DNA of 64,000 bases from Haliotis cracherodii (taxonomy: Eukaryota), in assembly GCF_022045235.1 (NCBI RefSeq), contig NW_027266330.1:46066001-46130000 (forward strand), given 5' to 3'. The position numbers were made by a program, and so were the translations under genes. Under the pieces are notes generated by a model, which did no database searches, was not told the DNA's origin, and saw nothing but the letters and a program-made list of their open reading frames with translations. Of the stretch, positions 12,294-25,900 are shown piece by piece. Each line of letters begins with the position of its first letter. Position 1 is the first letter of the stretch.

Positions 12294-13544
12294 ATGCCTG
12301 ACACTGTTGGTGTGGGTGATGACATCCAGTCTGATGCAGCATCCAGCGGAAGTGGAGACGGAGGTTCCAGTGGGACACAGAATGGAACGACAAGAGAAGC
12401 CAGCAACCACATGGGATGCTGTGGGGACATCGAGAAGGCGTGTGAGAACTGCCTCTCAGCCATATGCTGCGGTACATGCATTGGATACGCTTTCTGCTGC
12501 TTGCCAATGAAAAAGAAAAACCGTGTCAGATGTATCTGGGCGTGGCTTTGTGTGCTCAGTGTGACTGGAGGAATCCTTATGAGCGTTGGGATATATGGCA
12601 CAGGGCATAGCTCCCCTTCTCCAACAGACATGCGTATCGTTACCCACAAAATATCATCAATATTTTGTAAGAAGCTACTGATTAATTCCACGTCGCATCT
12701 AACAACATATTCGTTTAATGAAGAACCACAGATAGACAGTAACTCTTCTCAAACATTTTCTACTGAACTGAAGACAACATTTAGAAATGATTACATCTTC
12801 TGGACATTTTATCTCCTAAAAGGTTCCCGGGTTGAATTGCGATCCTGTTCGGAAGCTGATATTTGGATATACGTCATAGCCGGTACCTCAAACTGGAAAC
12901 TTTGGTCCCAGAATCTGCTTTGTTCTGACTGTTACCTCCAAAAGCATTTGCTAAAGAGGTCACGGTGTTCAAACAATAGCATGTCGGATGTTTTCACATT
13001 TATGGTTCACAAAACAGATGATTATTTTGTTCTGTACTCGAGAACGTCATTTGCAGCTTTCTTACATGTTAAACTATCCTTAGACAGGACGTTATACGAT
13101 TTAACAAAGGCCACGCGTGTATGCACAAATGGCTTATTAGCATGTGAATATGTACTACAGTTTCCCCTGAAGCCATATATTGTGTACCACATGGGCGCGG
13201 TGACCTATGGAAGAAACACAGGACTAGTTACCGTTTGTGAACCGAGAGTCTGGGTATATTTCGGAATATTCTTTATTTTGCCGTTTAGTTTTGGAGCTGT
13301 TCTAAGTGTCGTCGTTGCTAAGTTCTGCAAAGAACCTTCCAGGGCAAGATCCACCCGCAGACCGAGAGCAGGTGTAATACCCCCGACATCTGATGACGAG
13401 AGAGACTATTTGTTCAGCCCCAGCCAAGACGTATGTCACTATTCGGGGATCCCTCAGCCCCCGAAGTATGAGGATATAGAACGACTCCGGGACTCGCCGC
13501 CACCTAGTTATGAAGCCACCATGAGGCAGTCTGGACCTGTGTGA
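12294..13544 (+). CDS. Two-TM membrane protein, APD1-4-like (DUF4792/DUF4793-type lumenal domains), with C-terminal PPxY motifs and no RING
   Basis: 416-aa single-exon ORF. Cys-rich juxtamembrane N-terminus, TM1 CIWAWLCVLSVTGGILMSVGIYG, motif 'YIFWTFYLLKGSRVELRSCS', 'DDYFVLY...LDRTLYDL', TM2 VWVYFGIFFILPFSFGAVLSVVVAKFC, cytosolic PPKY and PPPSY. Splice acceptor just upstream of the ATG. Family assigned from motif recognition, not from a search. Confidence 0.85.
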   Translation: MPDTVGVGDDIQSDAASSGSGDGGSSGTQNGTTREASNHMGCCGDIEKACENCLSAICCGTCIGYAFCCLPMKKKNRVRCIWAWLCVLSVTGGILMSVGIYGTGHSSPSPTDMRIVTHKISSIFCKKLLINSTSHLTTYSFNEEPQIDSNSSQTFSTELKTTFRNDYIFWTFYLLKGSRVELRSCSEADIWIYVIAGTSNWKLWSQNLLCSDCYLQKHLLKRSRCSNNSMSDVFTFMVHKTDDYFVLYSRTSFAAFLHVKLSLDRTLYDLTKATRVCTNGLLACEYVLQFPLKPYIVYHMGAVTYGRNTGLVTVCEPRVWVYFGIFFILPFSFGAVLSVVVAKFCKEPSRARSTRRPRAGVIPPTSDDERDYLFSPSQDVCHYSGIPQPPKYEDIERLRDSPPPSYEATMRQSGPV

Positions 13545-14679
13545 TGTAGTGTACATGTATTTCATTCGTATCGTTCTTTTTGGAGCATGGATGGTCTTTT
13601 AAAGTGATACATCGACTGGCAATGGTTTTCTATTGTTAAAGTAATTAGAAATTGATTCATTCTTTCTAGAAAATATTTGAAGAAAGGTTTTGAGACCAGC
13701 AGATTCGTGATGTTGGAGATGGTATTGGCTTCTAGCTGACGGTTAACTCATCCACTTTTGTTGTGGTGATTATGACAAAAATGTAAACATTAATGTTGTT
13801 TCATAATAACGTTATCATCTGGTTCCTAGACTCGTTTCATTGAAGGCCAATCACATTCGAGCTGTCCCGGGGATCATTGAGACGCCGCGATCAAATAATG
13901 GCTTTCTATAATTAGTGGTAAACCTGTTCAATCAACTGATGAGGTTATATGCAAGAAATATTCCAGCAATATGACGGCGGTCTGGACCAGACAATGTAGT
14001 GATCGACATCATGAGCTTCGACCTACGCAACTGGGATACGAAGACATGCATCAACCAAGTCAGCGAGCCTCACCACCCGATCCCGTTAGTGGCCTCTTAC
14101 GACAAGCATGGGTTGATGAAAGTCAATTCTAACCTGGATCATCAAGGGTCAAATGTTTGAATGCCTATGAAAGGTACACATGTGTACTGACGCAGTGTAC
14201 GTTTGTATTCATTACATAATTTGTGCATGCATTTTATTATCGACATGCGAAACAATATAGCGGTTTGTGGGGTTTTTTCTTGTCTTACAGAAGAATCACT
14301 TAATACAGCCATTCCTATACAACAATGTTTTGATCTTTTTTTCATGATAAACGTTGCGTTGCTACCGACCTATGTCATGTCACCATGACTTGTATTTCAA
14401 TACTTCCTGCTTCCTGCTTCCTGCTTCCTGCTTCCTGCTTGCGTGATACACTTCTAGACTTACCAGGTTTGAGGAACGATCAACTGTCTTCCTGGAATGA
14501 TGTTGTTCACGTTGTGTCAGAATGCACGGAACTATACGGGAACTTGTTCACAAAGTAATATTTTCCAATAGGTATATCAGAATTGATTAAATTAGTTATA
14601 TTTCATTGTGTCCGGATTTGGTTGTGACCTGGCGTGTATAGGTGTTGTATGTGAAAGTTATATTGATATATCCCTTATC

Positions 14680-15640
14680 CCATGACCTGAGAGGAAGGAG
14701 GGGGCGGCTGTGGAACTGATACATATGTAGTATCCTATGACCTGAGGTGAAGGGAGGCTGTAGAGCTGATACATTTGTAGTATCCTATGACCTGAGGTGA
14801 AGGGAGGCTGTAGAGCTGATACATATGTAGTATCCTATGACCTGAGGTGAAGGGAGGCTGTAGAGCTGATACATATGCAGTATCCTATAACCTGAGGTGA
14901 AGGGAGGATGTGGAGCTGATACATATGTAGTATCCTATGACCTGAGGTGAAGGGAGGCTGTGGAACTGATACACATGTAGTATCCTATGACCTTAGGGGA
15001 AGGGAGGCTGTGGAACTGATACACATGTAGTATCCTATGACCTGAGGTGAAGGGAGGCTGTGGAACTGATACACATGTAGTATCCTATGACCTTAGGTGA
15101 AGGGAGGCTGTGGAACTGATACACATGTAGTATCCTATGACCTTAGGGGAAGGGAGGATGTGGAACTGATACACATGTAGTATCCCATGACCTGAGAGGA
15201 AGGAGGGGGCGGCTGTGGAACTGATACACATGTAGTATCCTATGACCTGAGGTGAAGAGAGGCTGTTGAACTGATACACATGTAGTATCCTATGACCTGA
15301 GGTGAAGGGAGGCTGTAGAACTGATACACATGTAGTATCCTATGACCTGAGGTGAAGGGAGGCTGTTGAACTGATACACATGTAGTATCCTATGACCTGA
15401 GGTGAAGGGAGGCTGTGGAACTGATACATATGTAGTATCCTATGACCTTAGGGGAAGGGAGGCTGTGGAACTGATACATATGTAGTATCCTATGACCTTA
15501 GGGGAAGGGAGGCTGTGGAACTGATACACATGTAGTATCCAATGACCTTAGGGGAAGGGAGGCTGTTGAACTGATACATATGTAGTATCCTATGACCTTA
15601 GGGGAAGGGTGGCTGTGGAACTGATACAGATGTAGTTTCC
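14680..15640. repeat. 50-bp minisatellite, about 19 copies
   Basis: TATGACCTGAGGTGAAGGGAGGCTGTGGAACTGATACACATGTAGTATCC. Confidence 0.95.
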
Positions 15641-15641
15641 T

Positions 15642-16167
15642 GCAATACTCTATGAAGATTGTAGTTACCAGGATACTCTATGAAGATTGTAGTTACCACT
15701 ATACTCTATGAAGACTGTTGTTACCGCGATACTCTATGAAGATTGTAGTGACCACTAGTACTATACTATATGAAGACTGTAGTTACCGCAATACCCTATG
15801 AAGATTGTAGTTACCGCAATACTCTATGAAGATTGTAGTACCGCAATACTCTATGGAGATTGTATTTACCGCAATACTCTATGAAGATTGTAGTTACCGC
15901 AATACTCTATGGAGATTGTAGTTACCGCAATACTCTATGAAGATTGTAGTTACCGCAATACTCTATGAAGATTGTAGTTACCGCAATACTCTATGCAGAT
16001 TGTAGTTACCGCAATACTCTATGGAGATTGTAGTCACCGCAATACTCTATGGAGATTGTAGTTACCGCAATACTCTGTGAAGATTGTAGTTACCGCAATA
16101 CTCTATGAAGACTGTAGTTACCGCAATACTCTGTGAAGATTGTAGTTACCGCAATACTCTGTGAAGA
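15642..16167. repeat. 28-bp minisatellite, about 19 copies
   Basis: GCAATACTCTATGAAGATTGTAGTTACC. Confidence 0.95.
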
Positions 16168-16668
16168 GTAAATATAAAACGTCAAAAAGGAGAAAAACAT
16201 GTCTCTGCAGATTTAACCGCGCTAAATTGAATTTGGAACCGAACGCGCAGTATGTTTATCTCCATTCTCCGAAAACTAAAAAATACTTGAACTCTTTGGT
16301 ACCAGCAAATATATTGAGTGAAGCAATAATCAATGTCACTTTCATTTTCGATGAAAATTGTTACCGACATACATGATGAAGATTGTTCGCACAATACAAT
16401 AATTGAAGAGTGCTACCTCTATATTAAATGTTGATCGACGCCGCTCTGCTGATGAAGGTTGTTACAGCTGTTCTCTGAAGATTGCAATGGCAATACCACG
16501 TGAATAGTGTTTCCATTATACCCAATGAAGATTGCAATGGAAATACCACTTGAATAGTGTTTCCACTATACCCAATGAAGCTTGTCACTGCTACGCTCAA
16601 TGAACACTGGCACACTGTTTTCGACAGAACGTTTGAAGTTGATGGAATATAAAACAAATCATTCAATT

Positions 16669-16674
16669 TTTATT
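16669..16674 (-). terminator. Candidate polyadenylation signal AATAAA of the ShKT gene
   Basis: tttatt on the + strand about 190 nt past the predicted stop. Confidence 0.4.
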
Positions 16675-16861
16675 ATACAGTTCTTGCAATTATACGCATA
16701 CAGTTCTTGCAATTACAGAATTATTTTAACCATTCGTCTTCAAACATGTGTGTGTGTGGAGGGGGGTGGGGGGGGGGGGGGGAGGAGGGGGTCGGTAGGG
16801 AGGCTTCTCATGGCAACTTCCAGAAATTTCGTGCTACATTGAAACATTCGTCATTTTCTCT

Positions 16862-16914
16862 TCATGGTTCCTCTGGTCCACTGTAACTGGGTCGGCCTGG
16901 CATGTTTTGGATAC
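16862..16914 (-). CDS. ShKT gene probable terminal exon ((C)IQNMPGRPSYSGPEEP*)
   Basis: attgtag|GT ATC CAA AAC...CCA TGA; starts with the GT that completes the final Cys; AATAAA about 190 nt downstream. Confidence 0.55.
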
Positions 16915-19900
16915 CTACAATATGTAATCAAGTACGCATTAAAACTCGTTGTTGATGAATTGTATTCAAATAAGACAAAGCCAGTGTCACACGTTTCCTA
17001 TCTGCTGAGGAACTGGGGTCATTCATAGGGTAATAGTCGGTCTCTCAGACCATATTATTTGAAACATATTATTTTCCCTGTCTGTAATGCAGAAGCCCTG
17101 AATGAAGCAACGTTTTCCTCCGGCACACAATCGCCCATCTCATTGGGCTAGTTTTCAAATTAAATAAATTTACATGTATTTGTTTATTCCAAAATCATAT
17201 ATTTTCAGAGACTAAGGGTCACCTAGTAGGATAAGATAACAATTCCCAACTGAGTGAGTGCATTTTTCTTTGACGTTGGCTCTAAAAGAAATGCAGTAAA
17301 AGGAACATGGCGGGTTTGTTTAATCAGGGAGGGCACAGCAAGGTTTACCTCTTCTGAGGGACCTATGAGCACTGTACGGTGCTGACAAATAAAGAAACCT
17401 ATAGAATTCATCCCATGATCAACGGAGCCTGGAAGCTGAGGGAAACAAGTCTGCTTCGCCATGTTGTTTTGTTTGTTGTTTAACGCCAGCAATATGTCAG
17501 CAAAATGACAGCGAGTCTGTAAATAATTGAGTCTGGACCCGACAATCCAGTGACTGACATCATGATCATCGATCTACGCAATTTGGGTCGCGATGAAATG
17601 CATCAACCAAGTCAGCCTGCATGACGACCCGATCCCGTCAGACGCCTCTTACGACAAGCATAGTCGCCGCTTACAGCAAGCATGGGTTGCTGAAGACCTA
17701 TTCTAACCCGGATCAGAACGTCTGACCTTGTACATGTACACGTGTCTGTATGTCAAACTATGCCAACCTTGCACATGTTCACGTGTCTGTATGTCAAACT
17801 ATGCCAACCTTGCACATGTTCACGTGTCTGTATGTCAAACTATGCCAACCTTGCACATGTACACGTGTCTGTATGTCACACTATGCCAACCTTGCACATG
17901 AACACATGCATATATGTCTACATATGCCAACCTTGCACATGTACACATGTCTACATATGCCAACCTTGCACATGTTCACGTGTCTGTATGTAAACTATGC
18001 CAACCTTGCACATGTTCACGTGTCTGTATGTCAAACTATGCCAACCTTGCACATGTACACGTGTCTGTATGTCACACTATGCCAACCTTGCACATGAACA
18101 CATGCATATATGTCTACATATGCCAACCTTGCACATGTACACGTGTCTGTATGTCTAACAATGCCAACCATGCACATGTACACGTGTCTGTATGTCTAAC
18201 AATGCCAACCTTGCACATGTACACGTGTCTGTATGTCTAACAATGACAACCTTGTACATGTACGCGTGTCTATATGTCTACCAATGCCAACCTTGCACAT
18301 GTGCACGTGTCTGTATGTCTAACAATGCCAACCTTGCACATGTACGCGTGTCTATATGTCTACCAATGCCAACCTTGCACATTTACATGTGTCAACATAT
18401 CTAACAGTGCCAACCTTGCACATGTGCACGTGTCTATATGTCTAGCAATGCCAACCTTGCACATGTACGCGTGTCTATATGTCTAACAATGCCAACCTTG
18501 CACATGTGCACGTGTCTATATGTCTAGCAATGCCAACCTTGCACATGTACATGTGTATATATGTCTGTGAATCACTCAAGCCCATGACTGTAAACATCAC
18601 CAACGAGACACGTCACCTATCCTGACCACCCGATCCCTTTAGTCGGGACCCGTGAAGATCTGGGGTAGAATAGGTCTTCAGCAACCCATGCTCGCCGTAA
18701 AAGGTGACTATGCTTGTCGTAAGATGCGACTAACGGGATCGGGTGGTCAGTCTCGGTGACTTGGTTGATGCATGTCATCGATCCCAATTGCGTGGATCGA
18801 TGGTCATGATATCAATCCCTGGATTGTCTGTTCCAGACTCGATTATTTACAGACAGCCGTCATGAAGCTGGAATATTGCTGAGTGTGGCATTTAACAGCA
18901 AACCAACCAACTTTAGTCGGCTCTCACGACAGACATGAAGTGTTCCGGACCTATAGGTTTCTGCTACTTAAGTGCACAGTGTAAATTAAGTTATTAATAA
19001 GAGTTGGCTATTAACAAAAGGTAGCTGTTAAGATGATATCCATGATCAACATTAAAAAAGCGAAAATGACACCACTATAAAGTTTATTTAATATTTAAAT
19101 CAGTATATACTACTGAAATATATTTCTTTCTAGTTCTGTCTGTTTTAACTTATTATGGCTATTTCAGAAGTTCACATTAAATTTACTAATGAACACATTA
19201 TAGAAAAGGAAAGTTTTCTCTTTTTTATAATTAATTGTCCTACATATTAAGAAACAGAACTGTTATTGAGGCTTTGTCTTGACTCGAACAGATTATATTT
19301 CTCAGCTTTCCACATAAACTAAGTAATGTTATAGATTGTATCTATCAGTATATCATTAAAAACAAACAAAAACAATAAACACAACACTCGATAGAACTCA
19401 AAAGATAAACGGTCATCCGAGGGTCGGTGGCGATTCATATATTTCTTTAACCCGATATGTGTATCGAGAGACAACCCCTTGAAGATCTCGGTTAGAATAG
19501 ATCTTAAGTAACCAATTACGGAATCGGGTTGTCAGGCTCGCTGACTTGCGTGATGCATGTCATCGATCCCAATTGTGTGGATCGATGCCCATGATATCAA
19601 TTACTGGATTGTCTGGTCCAGGCTCGATTATTTACAGACCGCCGTCATAGGGCTTGAATATTGCCGAGTGCGATATTAAACAACAAACAAACAAACAAAC
19701 AATCTACAGACAAGGAGAATCAACACTTACACAGATTGCATGACGCCTTGCAACGTTTCTTCATTTTCTTTTTGTGTTTCTTGTCGGTACAAAACCCCTT
19801 CTTGGCGAATTTCTTGCATTTAGGCTTTTCGTCTTTACACTCTATAATTAAGAAATTACAGATTACACGTGAACGCTGTTTGTGATAATGGAAAATGTCA

Positions 19901-22900
19901 AACCCTTATATTCGGCTCCTATAATGAGTGAGTTGGGTTTAACGCCGCTTTTAACAGTATTCCAGTTATATCGCGGCGTGTCAGCTAAATGTGTGAGGAA
20001 AGCCCGAAGTGATGCAGGTCTCAGACGTTTACCACTTCGAAGAAACCCACGAGCACGGGTATGGTGCTGACAAACCCAGAAACATAAATGGGGCGAACCG
20101 GGATTCGAACCCACAATTCTGGGTTTCTGGCGTGCCCAAGGGACGCAACTCTGCACAGCGTTCCCAGCGCCTTCCACGACTTGGCCACCCGTGACCCCGG
20201 TTCCGGTAAGCACAAATATCTATTTCATCGTATAACGGCCTGTGGTGTCTCACTTAAATCAGTTGCCAACTTAAATCAGTAACATAAAATACGTGTTTTC
20301 TACCTTCCAACACTAGAAATATTCACCTGGAAAAAGCTTAGCACCGCTAACTATGTTTTTCCTTGAAATGAATTAGTCAATTTGTAAATTCGTATCTATA
20401 TTAATTTTATTGATTTCGTCTGCAGGAATAAGGTAATACAGAACTAAACCGAGTATCTTATGACAGCCCAGAAACCGAGTATCTGTTTACGGAACAAAAA
20501 CCGAGTATATAATGACGGAACAGAGACCAGGTATCTAATGGCGGAACAAAAACCGAGTATCTAATGGCGGAACAAAAAACCGAGTATCTAATGGCGGAAC
20601 AAAAACCGAGTAAGTATCTCGCGATAAGTTTCGTAATTGTTCTACGCTTATAGTAACTTCACTTCCCATTCAAATGATTCCCTTGTATCTTTGAACCATC
20701 ATCATCTTGCGATCACGTGGAGGAACATTCATTGTTCTATTACTGCGTTTACAGCATGTATCGGCCTATCTTAGACCTTTATCAACATTACATCAAGGTC
20801 AATTTTGATAGTTCCATAGATACAAGGGAGTTCGTATTATGTAGAAAAAATAAACGGTTGTGTCAGATGGCAGTTTGTGATTGTAGTATATATTTGTCAA
20901 CGACACACCTGGCACTTGTGGTGGGTCCGTCCCAGCTGTTCCCGAGGTACCCGAACCTGTTGAGCATTATACATGTACATGATAATAACACATTACATGG
21001 TTGCAATAAACGAATATAACTGTACGCCTGTAACACATTACATGGTTGCAATACACGAATACAACTGTACGCCTGTCTTTCATCTTTGAAAATTAAAGAA
21101 TTTGCTGTTTCGGTACAAATTTATAACATTTCGAACATGTAGGGGAGGTATGGCTGCATTTCGAACATGTAGGGGAGGTGTGGTTGCATTTCGAACATGT
21201 AGGGGAGGTATGGCTGCATTTCGAACATGTAGGGGAGGTATGGCTGCATTTCGAACATGTAGGGGAGGTATGGCTGCATTTCGAACATGTAGGGGAGGTA
21301 TGGCTGCATTTCGAACATGTAGGGGAGGTATGGTTGCATTTCGAACATGTAGGGGAGGTATGGCTGCATTTCGAACATGTAGGGGAGGTGTGGTTGCATT
21401 TCGAACATGTAGGGGAGGTATGGTTGCATTTCGAACATGTAGGGGAGGTATGGTTGCATTTTCATTTCTTACCCCAGGAACCAATTTATTTTTACACAAG
21501 ATTTCCAAGCTACAGATTACTTCTTTGCAAATTGTATACGGAATGAGCGATGGTTATATAGACATAGTCAGATTTAAGTTCAATTTTCCATAAAAAAAAC
21601 TCGGTTTACATGTACTTTCTTCTGTCACGCAGTTTATGCACTTTCCTTTCGAAGGGCGTTTTTCATGTTGGCACTTCCATTCCCGAGTCACGCTATCTAA
21701 TCCCTATTAAACCCTTCTTTATCTTTTCGCCAGTAAAAAACGTAAAAAAAATAACTGGTTAAGATATATTAAAAATATGCTTTACAGTTTGGGGTCTGGA
21801 AACGTGGATGGAGCAAGGTGTTGGGGGCAGGAACTATTTACGTCAGCGATGGACTGTTGTCAACTGGTGTGAAACACTGCATCTCAGGCCCTGATGCTTT
21901 ACAGTTTCACTCGTTAAAGAACACTTAAACTCGGAACATATATTGTTTAATTAGTTGAATCCAATGTGGCTTCTTCGACTTCAGTGTTTATGACGGAAAT
22001 TTCTTCAATATGGAAGTTAATGTAATACATAATATTAATACAAAGAAATACTTTCTTTAAGTCTGTTCAGTATGAAAGGATTTGAGAAATATTTATTAAC
22101 CACTTAAGCTTAATACTTGTGCATTCATTACATTGATGTTGACATCAACAAATGAATGTACTATTAACTCTGTTTGTACATCATGTTTGGTTAAAACGAA
22201 AAACACAGCTTAAACCCTGTAGGCCCTACTTATATCTGTGCTACGGGTTTATGACCTACAGTTCCTGAAATAAACAATATTCAAAATTCAAACAGAAAAC
22301 ATTGAAAATATTTTCTTCCAAAATGCTAAAATGTAATTGCCATTTCAGAAGTTCACATCAGTTTACATAACATATGTAGCTTATAGCACATTGTACCCTT
22401 CTTCACTTTCCTTTTCATGTTATATGCGTCAGAAACCTATTCAGAAATAAATATCTTTTTTGATGTTTTTGAAGCTGTTTCACCTACTTCCATGTAAAAT
22501 AAATAAAGATAGAGTTTTTTAATCGTAATGCTCCCCATCATATACTAAAAGGAAAAAGTAACGGTGCTTCACATAAAGTTCCATTAAAATACATTTATTC
22601 TGAAAATAAATAATGCTTCTTTCAATACATATTCATGAAGACATCTCCTCGACTTTAAGGTCGTGATTCACAATTTGCACGTGCATATTTATGCATGGAG
22701 CACAATTTGGATGTGTGCGTTTTGTTGGGTGCATGATACTCACGTGGGCACGGGTGGCCCAGTCGTCTAAGGCGCCGCGATTCGCTGTGCAGAGTTGCGT
22801 CCCTTGGGCACCCCAGAAACCTATGATTGTGGGTTCGAATCCCGGTACGCCCCATTTATGTTTCTAGGTTTGTCAGCACCATACCCGTGCTCGTGGGTTT

Positions 22901-25900
22901 CACCGAAGTGGTTAACGTCTGAGACCTGCATCACTTCAGTCTTTCCTCCCACATTTAGCTGACATGCAGTGATATAACTGGATTACTGTTAAAAGCGGCG
23001 TTAAACCCAACTTACTCACTCACTCATGATACTCAAACACGTTGTGTTTCAGTGTGAACAGCATACCATGATTGTTTTGCTATCAGGTGCTCATAAAAAT
23101 ACTTGTTTAACCGTAAATAACGCTTACGCAATGACTGTCTATCACACTATATGCGCCGCGGGTATGCACCCAACAGGAATGGAGAAATACGAAGTTGCCA
23201 GACATTTTGATGTTCATCAAAATACTAAATCATCGTGGGAGACGTTATCTACACCCATGTCTTGTGACGTCACCACAAAAAGTCAACCATTTTCGGTTGG
23301 TGTATCTATGGAATCGATACCAATCTGCCACATTCACAGCTCGGACAATTCCTGACACGAGGCCAGTTTGTGGCAGAACCGTACGCAACCGGTTGAGGTA
23401 GTACAACGACGGGTGTTAAGCGTCTTCAGGCATCCAGGAGGACGATTAAGCGAAGCTTGCGTGACTCAACGTCGTCAGCTTGGAGGTGTCATGGTATGGG
23501 GTGGCATCACAATTTATGAAAGAACACAAATGATCATTGTTAATGGTAGTTTGAGTGGCGAACGCTACCGGGACGGCAAATGCATGTCCGAAACGTCCCA
23601 TTGCAGCAGGATAATGCCCGCCCGCATATCCAGACCTCTTCCCCACTGAAAATGTCTGGGATGAGATACAACAACGTCTACGACAGGACCAGAACCAGCC
23701 GGTAGCTGTGCATGTTGGGCCAATCTATGGATGACAGTTGGAACAACATCCCCCAGACTGTTTTCAGTCACCCCATGTCTTCAATGCACGGCCTGTATCA
23801 ACGCAAATGGTGTCACACCCTATGTTGACACTGTTAATTGAATTAACACCACCCCTCTTTTAGGACGTGTCGCTCTGTCTCCAATTACCAGGTATGGGTT
23901 TTGTCAATGAATTTGTTACGATAAAACATTGATCAGACGAATTAAATACATCACAATATTGACTTCACGTTATATGAAGAACAGTTACCTTTTTCCTTTA
24001 GTATACAAAACACTATCAAGAGGCAAAATGTTCGATTAAACTCATAAGAAACAAGATCTTCCGAGGGTAGGTGAATATTTATGTTTAACCCTCCTTGTGT
24101 ACTAGCACTAGTATCTACAGCCGAGGATTAAATATTCAACACTTACACAGATTGCATGACGCCTTGCAATGTTTCCGCATTTTCTTTGCATGTTTCTTGT
24201 CGGTACAAAATCCCTTCCCGGCCTGTTTCTTACAATTCCGCTTTTCGTCCTCACACTTTGTGTCACCTATAATTAAGAAATGGCATATTACAGTTGAACG
24301 CTGGTTTCAATGACTGAGTCAAAACATTTATACCTTCATATTCGGCCTCCGAAAGCAAAAATATGCAGGGGACAAATATATATGAAAAATCCTACGCAAC
24401 AAATATTCAGATGCCCGACATGTAAACGATATATCTAAACAGATGTAATCCTTTTATGCGCTACCTAACGTACAGAATTGCATAAACGTAGAGTTTGTTT
24501 TTGCGTTCACAGTTCGTAGTATTTGTTACATAGCTGATTACGAAGTCAATCGAATGTCATATTTAAACAATGGAGTCTGACAAAGTAAAAACGTTTATAC
24601 CGTCAAGAAATATCAATACAATGTATTTACAACATAATGTATGTGTTGTTGTTTTTTTATTGTATTACATATTTGTAACTACAAACCTGTCATTATCCAC
24701 GATTTACATTAAATAAAAATATACGGTTCGTGTAATATAATATTCATCATAATATACTGATGATATACATTTATTTCTAATGTGGTCTTTCAAACTTGTC
24801 ATGGATAGTTCAGAAGTTCATATCAATTCACAAATCAACACATAAAAGAAGAGGGATGTTTTCTTTCTTTAACAAATAATTGTCCTACGTATGCAACAAC
24901 ACATTCAGAAATACAGTTGTGCGATAAAGGCTTTGTCTTGACCCGAACAGATTATATTTCTCAGCTTTCAACATAAACTAAGGAATGTAATAGATTTTAT
25001 ATAGCATTCTATTCTCTATCACTCCAGGTTGTCAGAAGAAATGGGGTTTAACGTCACGTCAAAGATTATTGCACTCATATAGCGACGTGCTTGTACTTGT
25101 CCGGACTGATGCCGATGCTATAATGCTAGCCCACTGAGATACCATGCCGCAGTGTAACATGACTACCCCACTCAGACACAGTATACTGACTCCGAGTCGA
25201 CCAGTTCTTGTTTTGGGCCATTAATGGCGAGCGCCAGGCAGAGTATCAACAAGTACCATGTTTTAACGTCTTTTGGTATGACGCGGCCGGTGATCCAATC
25301 CCGGATCTTCCCTCTCCGCGCGTACGCTCTACCAGTAGACCACGAAGGCGGTCTTCTTTCACTCAAAACAAAGACACTACGATCAATAGAACTCCAACCA
25401 AAACATGATCATCCGAGGTTACGTGACGATTCATATTTTTAACCCAGCATGTGTATCTAGAGACAATGAGAATCAACACTTACACAGATGGCATGACGCC
25501 TTGCAACGTTTCTTCATTTTCTTTGAATGTTTCTTATGGGTACAAAATCCCTTCGCAGCCTTTTTCTTACAACTCCGCTTCTTGTCCTTACAGCCAGCGC
25601 CACCTGTACCTAAGAAACTATTACAGTTTACAATTGAACAAAAACGTTAACTCCCTAAATTCGGCTCCTTAAAACACACTGATAAATGTTCTTTCTTTTA
25701 TCATTCTAAGACATCAGGGATCCAGCAATCTGGTCGTGTGAAGGTATGGGGAAATATGTCTGTGTAACCGGTGTTTTATGTTAGTACAAAGATTTCTCGG
25801 CCTGTTTTATTAAAATGTGTTTGTCTTCACGCCCTGTGACACCTTCAAAAAAAAGAGGAAACCTTGATTTAACAGATGCAAAACGCTAAATCTATAATTC

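Noticed and set aside
7752-18565. Regular arrays as possible CRISPRs
   Set aside because: Head-to-tail repeats without unique spacers, no cas genes, eukaryotic context.
18913-18950. Alternative ShKT terminal exon (C)PEHFMSVVRAD*, and 14-nt micro-exon (C)PSEE at about 17349-17362
   Set aside because: The first overlaps family D repeat sequence and has a weak pyrimidine tract; the second is unsupported. Neither can be excluded without RNA data.
21080-21593. Four overlapping repetitive ORFs
   Set aside because: 30-bp stop-free minisatellite in ShKT intron 4, with no compatible splice sites.
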